This document shows, piece after piece, positions 27,055 through 32,000 of a stretch of 32,000 nt of DNA. The position numbers and the translations under genes are program-made. The stretch comes from Blochmannia endosymbiont of Camponotus nipponensis (GTDB taxonomy: Bacteria > Pseudomonadota > Gammaproteobacteria > Enterobacterales > Enterobacteriaceae), in assembly GCF_009827135.1 (NCBI RefSeq), contig NZ_CP046534.1, forward strand, positions 390,001 to 422,000, read 5' to 3'. The first letter of the stretch is position 1. The number at the start of each line of letters is the position of its first letter. The notes below the pieces were generated by a model. The model ran no database searches, had not been told where the DNA came from, and saw only the letters and a list, made by a program, of their open reading frames with translations.

Positions 27055-27376
27055 TTATTTTTTTTAATCCTATGTATAATAATGAATGGCAATATAAATT
27101 TTTAAATATAATGTTTATAGTTTTAATCATTTGACTGTGTGTTTAAAAATTTGATACAATTTGTACTGATAAGATCTTCAATGATTTATATTAGATATTT
27201 TGTTGAAAAAATATTTATGTGTAGTGACATATGGTATAAGTTTTATTTTTCATTAACTTTTTGTAAACATTTGCATGTAATGATAGCATGTTACATTAAG
27301 TTTTATTTTTAAAATATTTTTATTCTAAATTTTTTAAAATTACTTCATACAATGAAAATAACTCATGGAGTAAATT

Positions 27377-29677
27377 ATGACAGTTGTTGGTCATACATTA
27401 GGGTTTCCTCGTATTGGATTACATCGAGAATTAAAGTACGCTTTAGAGCGTTATTGGGATGGAAAAATACAAGAAAATAAGTTATTAGAAATAGGTCGTA
27501 CATTACGCATGCGTCATTGGCAACAACAAAAAGATTATGGTATGGATTGGATTCCAGTAGGTGATTTTGCATGGTATGATCATGTTTTAACTACTAGCCT
27601 GATGCTTAATAATATTCCAGGTAGACATCGCACTTATCAAGAAAATGTTAATTTAGATACATTATTTAGAATAAGTCGAGGTTATTCTTTAGGTGAAACA
27701 TTAATATTACCTTCAGAAATGAAGAAATGGTTTAATACAAATTATCATTATATAGTGCCTGAGTTTGTTCAAAATCAAGAATTTAAATTGAATTGGACTC
27801 AATTGTTCGATGAGATAGATGAAGCTTTGTCTCTAAAATATAAAGTGAAACCAATATTACTTGGTCCCATTAGTTATCTTTGGTTAGGAACAGTAAAAGG
27901 AAAAAAATTTGATCGATTATCACTATTGCCTGATTTGTTATTAGTATATCAAGAAATATTAGATATTTTGTTATCAAAAAATATTGATTGGATACAAATT
28001 GATGAGCCTATATTAGTTTTAGAGCTACCTTTACAATGGTTGGAAGCATATTTAAGAGTGTATGAACAACTTCATGGTAAAGTTAAGTTGTTGTTAACCA
28101 CTTATTTTGATAGTTTATATCATCAATTAGATGTTATTAAGCAACTGAAAGTAGATGGTTTACATGTAGATTTAGTTTCTAATCCTGATAATATACCTTT
28201 ACTTCATGCTCAAATACCAAAGCATTGGGTTTTGTCAGCAGGAGTGGTTAATGGACGTAATATATGGAAAACTAATTTGTATAATTGGTTTAAAAAATTA
28301 TATCCTTTAGTAGGAGAGCGAAAATTATGGATAGGTTCTTCTTGTTCCTTATTGCATAGTCCTATTGATCTTGATATGGAAATAAGATTAGAGAAGCATA
28401 TTAAAGAATGGTTTGCTTTTGCTTTACAAAAATGTTCTGAAATAAAAATGTTATGTGTTGCCTTAAATGATAAAAATTCAAGCGAGTTGACATATGAAGA
28501 TATGTTTAATGAATATTATGTATCTAATAATTTAAGATCTTCTTCTAGTATGATTCATGATGTACGGGTGAAAAAACGTCTTGAACATGTTAATAATATT
28601 TCGCATACTCGATACACTCCATATACAACTCGGGCTGCATTGCAACGTAAAAGATTTAATTTGCCATTATTTCCTACAACTACTATTGGTTCATTTCCTC
28701 AAACTGAAGAAATTCGTAGGCTTCGTTTGGACTTTAAAAACAATCGAATTAATACAGAAGATTATTGTATTAGTATTAGAAATTATATTAAGCGAATTAT
28801 TATGGAACAAGAAAAATTAGACATAGATGTTTTAGTACATGGAGAACCAGAAAGAAATGATATGGTAGAATATTTTGGAGAAAATTTAAATGGATTTGTT
28901 TTTACCCAAAATGGGTGGGTTCAAAGTTACGGTTCGCGCTGTGTAAAACCTCCGGTAATTATAGGAGATATTAGTCGTTCAAAACCTATTACTACAGAAT
29001 GGATAAATTATGCTCAGTCATTAACTAATAAACCGATAAAAGGTATACTTACTGGACCTGTTACTATAATGGTTTGGTCGTTTCTACGTGAAGATATACA
29101 ACGTGAAACAATAGCATTACAATTAGCATTGTCAATACGCGATGAAGTGATAGATTTAGAAAAGTCTGGTATTGGAATCATTCAAATTGATGAGCCGGCT
29201 TTAAGAGAAGGATTGCCTTTAAAACGTTCTAATCAAAAACAATATTTGGAATGGGCAGTTAACGCTTTTAGAATAACTGTATCATCAGTGAAAGATAATA
29301 CTCAGATTCACACTCATATGTGTTATTCTGAATTTAGTGATATTATTCATGCTATTTTGGAATTAGATGCAGATGTAATCAGCATAGAAGCAGCTAGATC
29401 AGATGAGAAAATATTACAATCCGTACAACATATCATAGAAAATTTAAATGAAATTGGTCCTGGAGTATATGATATTCATTCTCCAAATGAACCTAGTACA
29501 AATGATCTGATAGGAAGAATTAATAAATTGTTACAGTATATTCCAAAACAACGTTTGTGGATAAATCCTGATTGTGGATTAAAAACGAGATCATGGCCTG
29601 AAGTTAGACGAGCATTGAATAATATAATATCTGCGACTAAATTATTGCGTAAACAGTTTATGCATCATGAACTGTAA
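27377..29677 (+). CDS. metE: cobalamin-independent methionine synthase
   Basis: 766 aa with GGAG 7 nt upstream. HTLGFPR.GL.RELK, PVGDFAWYDHVLTTSL.L.N.P.RH, KWFNTNYHY.VPEF, TTTIGSFPQT.EIR.LRLDFK, VLVHGE.ERNDMVEYFGE.L.GFVFTQNGWVQSYGSRCVKPP..IGDISR, IIQIDEPALREGLPL.RS, QIHTHMCYSEF (Zn ligands His/Cys) and NPDCGLKTR match E. coli MetE (753 aa). Confidence 0.98.
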   Translation: MTVVGHTLGFPRIGLHRELKYALERYWDGKIQENKLLEIGRTLRMRHWQQQKDYGMDWIPVGDFAWYDHVLTTSLMLNNIPGRHRTYQENVNLDTLFRISRGYSLGETLILPSEMKKWFNTNYHYIVPEFVQNQEFKLNWTQLFDEIDEALSLKYKVKPILLGPISYLWLGTVKGKKFDRLSLLPDLLLVYQEILDILLSKNIDWIQIDEPILVLELPLQWLEAYLRVYEQLHGKVKLLLTTYFDSLYHQLDVIKQLKVDGLHVDLVSNPDNIPLLHAQIPKHWVLSAGVVNGRNIWKTNLYNWFKKLYPLVGERKLWIGSSCSLLHSPIDLDMEIRLEKHIKEWFAFALQKCSEIKMLCVALNDKNSSELTYEDMFNEYYVSNNLRSSSSMIHDVRVKKRLEHVNNISHTRYTPYTTRAALQRKRFNLPLFPTTTIGSFPQTEEIRRLRLDFKNNRINTEDYCISIRNYIKRIIMEQEKLDIDVLVHGEPERNDMVEYFGENLNGFVFTQNGWVQSYGSRCVKPPVIIGDISRSKPITTEWINYAQSLTNKPIKGILTGPVTIMVWSFLREDIQRETIALQLALSIRDEVIDLEKSGIGIIQIDEPALREGLPLKRSNQKQYLEWAVNAFRITVSSVKDNTQIHTHMCYSEFSDIIHAILELDADVISIEAARSDEKILQSVQHIIENLNEIGPGVYDIHSPNEPSTNDLIGRINKLLQYIPKQRLWINPDCGLKTRSWPEVRRALNNIISATKLLRKQFMHHEL

Positions 29678-29791
29678 TTAATATAATTTTTTCAACGGAT
29701 TATATAGTAATTCAATGTTAGGACTAAAATAGTTGGTTTTTTTATAAGTAAGTCATGGATTGTTTATTTGAGGCATGATTCTTTAATCCAT

Positions 29792-29841
29792 TAAAATTTC
29801 TATTTTTTTTGTTCATAAAAATAAGAATTTTAGAAATTTTA
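29792..29841 (+). terminator. AT-rich 11-bp inverted repeat between metE and udp (weak candidate terminator)
   Basis: TAAAATTTCTA (29792-29802) pairs with TAGAAATTTTA (29831-29841) across a 28-nt spacer that can itself partly pair (T-run against A-run). ATTAATTTTA follows. There is only one G:C pair, so the stem is thermodynamically weak. Position is 115 nt after the metE stop. Confidence 0.2.
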
Positions 29842-29904
29842 TTAATTTTAGCTACAAAAATAGGTTTATGGTGACTTTCAAATAGTTACGTAACAATTTC
29901 TGAT

Positions 29905-30681
29905 ATGACTATGATTAATACATTTCATTTAGGTTTACAGATTGGAGATCTGCAAGGTGCAACTTTAGCTATTCTTCCAGGAGATCCCAATAGAGTAAAA
30001 AAAATCGCTTTGTTGATGGATCAACCAGAATATATTTCAAGTTATCGTGAATTTACTACTTGGTCTGCAAGTATTGATGATAATAGAGTTATTGTCTGTT
30101 CTACAGGTATAGGTGGGCCATCTACTTCCGTTGTAGTGGAGGAATTGTCTCAATTGGGTATACGTATATTTTTACGTGTAGGCACCGCAGGAGCTATCCA
30201 AAAATATATTAAAACAGGTGATTTATTAATTGTTACTGCTGCTGTTCGTTGTGATGGAGCAAGTCAACATTTTGCTCCATTAGAATTTCCGGCGGTAGCA
30301 GATTTATCTTGTACTATGGCTTTAATTGAAGCTGCTAAAAAAATTGGTATTAAACCATATTCTGGTGTGACTGTATCTTCAGATACATTTTATCCTGGAC
30401 AAGAACGATATGATACATTTTCTGGGCGAGTTATTCAAAAATTAAGTGGTTCTATGGAAGAATGGAAAAAAATGGGAGTTATGAGTTATGAAATGGAGTC
30501 TGCAACATTGTTGACTATGTGCTTGACTCAAGGATTACAAGCGGGGGTTGTAACAGGTATCATTATAAATCGTACACAAAAAGAAATTCCTAATGTTTCT
30601 TTGATACATCATGCTGAAAATATGGCAATTAGAGTAGTAATAGAAGGAGCTCGTATTCTGATGCATACAAGTAATAAATAA
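29905..30681 (+). CDS. udp: uridine phosphorylase
   Basis: 258 aa. FHLGL...[22 protein letters not shown]......REFTTW.A......[96 protein letters not shown] match E. coli Udp (253 aa). The metE..udp..rmuC order matches E. coli. Confidence 0.97.
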   Translation: MTMINTFHLGLQIGDLQGATLAILPGDPNRVKKIALLMDQPEYISSYREFTTWSASIDDNRVIVCSTGIGGPSTSVVVEELSQLGIRIFLRVGTAGAIQKYIKTGDLLIVTAAVRCDGASQHFAPLEFPAVADLSCTMALIEAAKKIGIKPYSGVTVSSDTFYPGQERYDTFSGRVIQKLSGSMEEWKKMGVMSYEMESATLLTMCLTQGLQAGVVTGIIINRTQKEIPNVSLIHHAENMAIRVVIEGARILMHTSNK

Positions 30682-30956
30682 ATATTTTATATAACTGTTA
30701 AATATAAGATTTATTATTGTTTGTTATGTTTGTACTTAGTGTTTTATAAAAAATTTTCGATAAACATGTTACTTATTAACAAGTAAAAGCATCTCATACA
30801 AAACTCAATATTACTATATTGTCGAAATATAAATTGTTGACGCATGATGTAATTTTTATCTATTTGTATTGCTGAAGTATTAATATGTTACATATATTGA
30901 TTGATAAATAATAAATTATCGTAGTTTTTATAAATATATTTTGTGATAGGGAATAT

Positions 30957-32000
30957 ATGACAGTTACTTTGTTTTGTATATATAATTTTCTTAGCATGTT
31001 GGTAGGTGTCTTAATATCTGGAATATTTTTTAATATTATAGGACAACGTTATATTAAAAAATATAAAAATGACTATACAGCTTATGAACATGCTTTATGT
31101 ATGACGACACAAAATTTAAAAAATGAATCTACTTTACGTTATAATATTGAACAAAAATTACAAAATGAATTACAGATAGTATATGAACTACACGGCAAAT
31201 TGTCTACTGCTGAAGAACGTTTAAAATTATTAGATCATTATCATCAGAAATGTGAGCAATTAAATCATGAATTACGCTTACAATTAAATTTAAATCATAC
31301 TCAAGAATTAAAATTGCAGGAATTAAATATTCGTTTAGAAGAATATAAATTAGCAATAGAAGAGAAACAAAAGTTGTTTATTGATAGTGAAAATCGATTA
31401 ACTATGCAATTTGAAAATTTGGCAAATCGTATTTTTGAGCAAAATGGATGTAAGGTAGATCAACAAAATCGAATTACTCTTGACAGGATGTTACATCCAT
31501 TAAAAGAGCAGTTAGAAGGTTTTAAAAGTCAAATGGAAAACGGTTTTGCAAAAGAAGAGGAATCTAGGAATATTCTAACTTATGAAATTCGTAATTTACA
31601 TCAACTGAATGCAAAAATAACTCAAGAAACCATTAATTTAACACAAGCATTAAAGGGCAATAACAAAACACAAGGCGGTTGGGGAGAAGTGATTTTAACT
31701 CGCGCGTTAGAAGCTTCTGGTATGCGTGAAGGTTATGAGTTTCATGTACAAGTTAGCATAAAACAAAAAGATGGACATAGATTACAACCTGATGTAATCA
31801 TACATTTACCTCATGGTAAAGATGTAATTATTGATTCTAAAGTATCTTTAATAGCTTATGAACGTTATTTTAATAGCGATAATGAGGAAGATCGACGGTT
31901 AGCTATTATTGATCACGTGCATTCATTGCGCTCTCATATAAAATCATTAAGTAAAAAAGATTATCAAAAATTATTTGGATTAAATACATTAGATTATATT
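30957..32000 (+). CDS. rmuC: DNA recombination protein RmuC (5' part; continues beyond the right edge)
   Basis: Absent from the ORF track because it has no in-window stop. ATG at 30957 with AGGGA 6 nt upstream. 348 codons remain open to the window end. The predicted N-terminal hydrophobic segment is MTVTLFCIYNFLSMLVGVLISGIFF. Next comes ..RLTMQFENLANRIFEQ......DQQNR..L...L.PLKEQLEGF......F.KE...R..LT.EIRNL.QLNA....E.INLT.ALKG.NKTQG.WGEV.LTR.LEASG.REGYE...QVSI......RLQPDV.I.LP.GKDV.IDSK..L.AYERYFN, matching E. coli RmuC. Confidence 0.93.
   Translation, partial: MTVTLFCIYNFLSMLVGVLISGIFFNIIGQRYIKKYKNDYTAYEHALCMTTQNLKNESTLRYNIEQKLQNELQIVYELHGKLSTAEERLKLLDHYHQKCEQLNHELRLQLNLNHTQELKLQELNIRLEEYKLAIEEKQKLFIDSENRLTMQFENLANRIFEQNGCKVDQQNRITLDRMLHPLKEQLEGFKSQMENGFAKEEESRNILTYEIRNLHQLNAKITQETINLTQALKGNNKTQGGWGEVILTRALEASGMREGYEFHVQVSIKQKDGHRLQPDVIIHLPHGKDVIIDSKVSLIAYERYFNSDNEEDRRLAIIDHVHSLRSHIKSLSKKDYQKLFGLNTLDYI

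Overview
This window is AT-rich (about 27-30% G+C by eye) and comes from a genome-reduced gammaproteobacterial (Enterobacterales-derived) endosymbiont. Gene order, G+C content and the missing dnaA fit a Candidatus Blochmannia-type genome best. That assignment is from memory and cannot be verified here.

I can support 24 protein genes, all intact orthologs of E. coli housekeeping genes, plus one tRNA:
- Minus strand: ibpA (partial), gyrB, dnaN.
- Plus strand: rpmH, rnpA, yidD, yidC, mnmE.
- Minus strand: glmU, atpCDGAHFEB, mnmG.
- Then tRNA-Ile(GAU), followed by metA and pgi on the plus strand, rsmD on the minus strand, and ftsY, rpoH, metE, udp and rmuC (partial) on the plus strand.

I found no mobile element, CRISPR array, defence or toxin system, prophage remnant or other accessory cassette. 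I do not think the window hides a novel multi-gene system.

The unusual features are architectural:
1. Strand composition flips very sharply at about 19.62-19.68 kb next to mnmG, with the polarity expected at a replication origin.
2. The canonical rpmH/dnaA/dnaN/recF/gyrB cluster in the same window lacks both dnaA and recF. Only degenerate DnaA-box-like motifs remain at the putative origin.
3. A perfect (ACAT)9 microsatellite sits at the switch.
4. The yidD reading frame runs without a stop codon into yidC.
5. FtsY is cut down to its NG core, and ftsEX, rsmG, atpI, glmS and metR are absent from their expected neighbourhoods, leaving long gene-free spacers.
6. The tRNA-Ile stands alone, has no encoded CCA, and is followed immediately by a perfect 14-bp hairpin.
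7. Several essential genes carry in-frame A9-A10 tracts.

All base counts are hand counts and all homology calls come from remembered E. coli sequences. No database search was possible.
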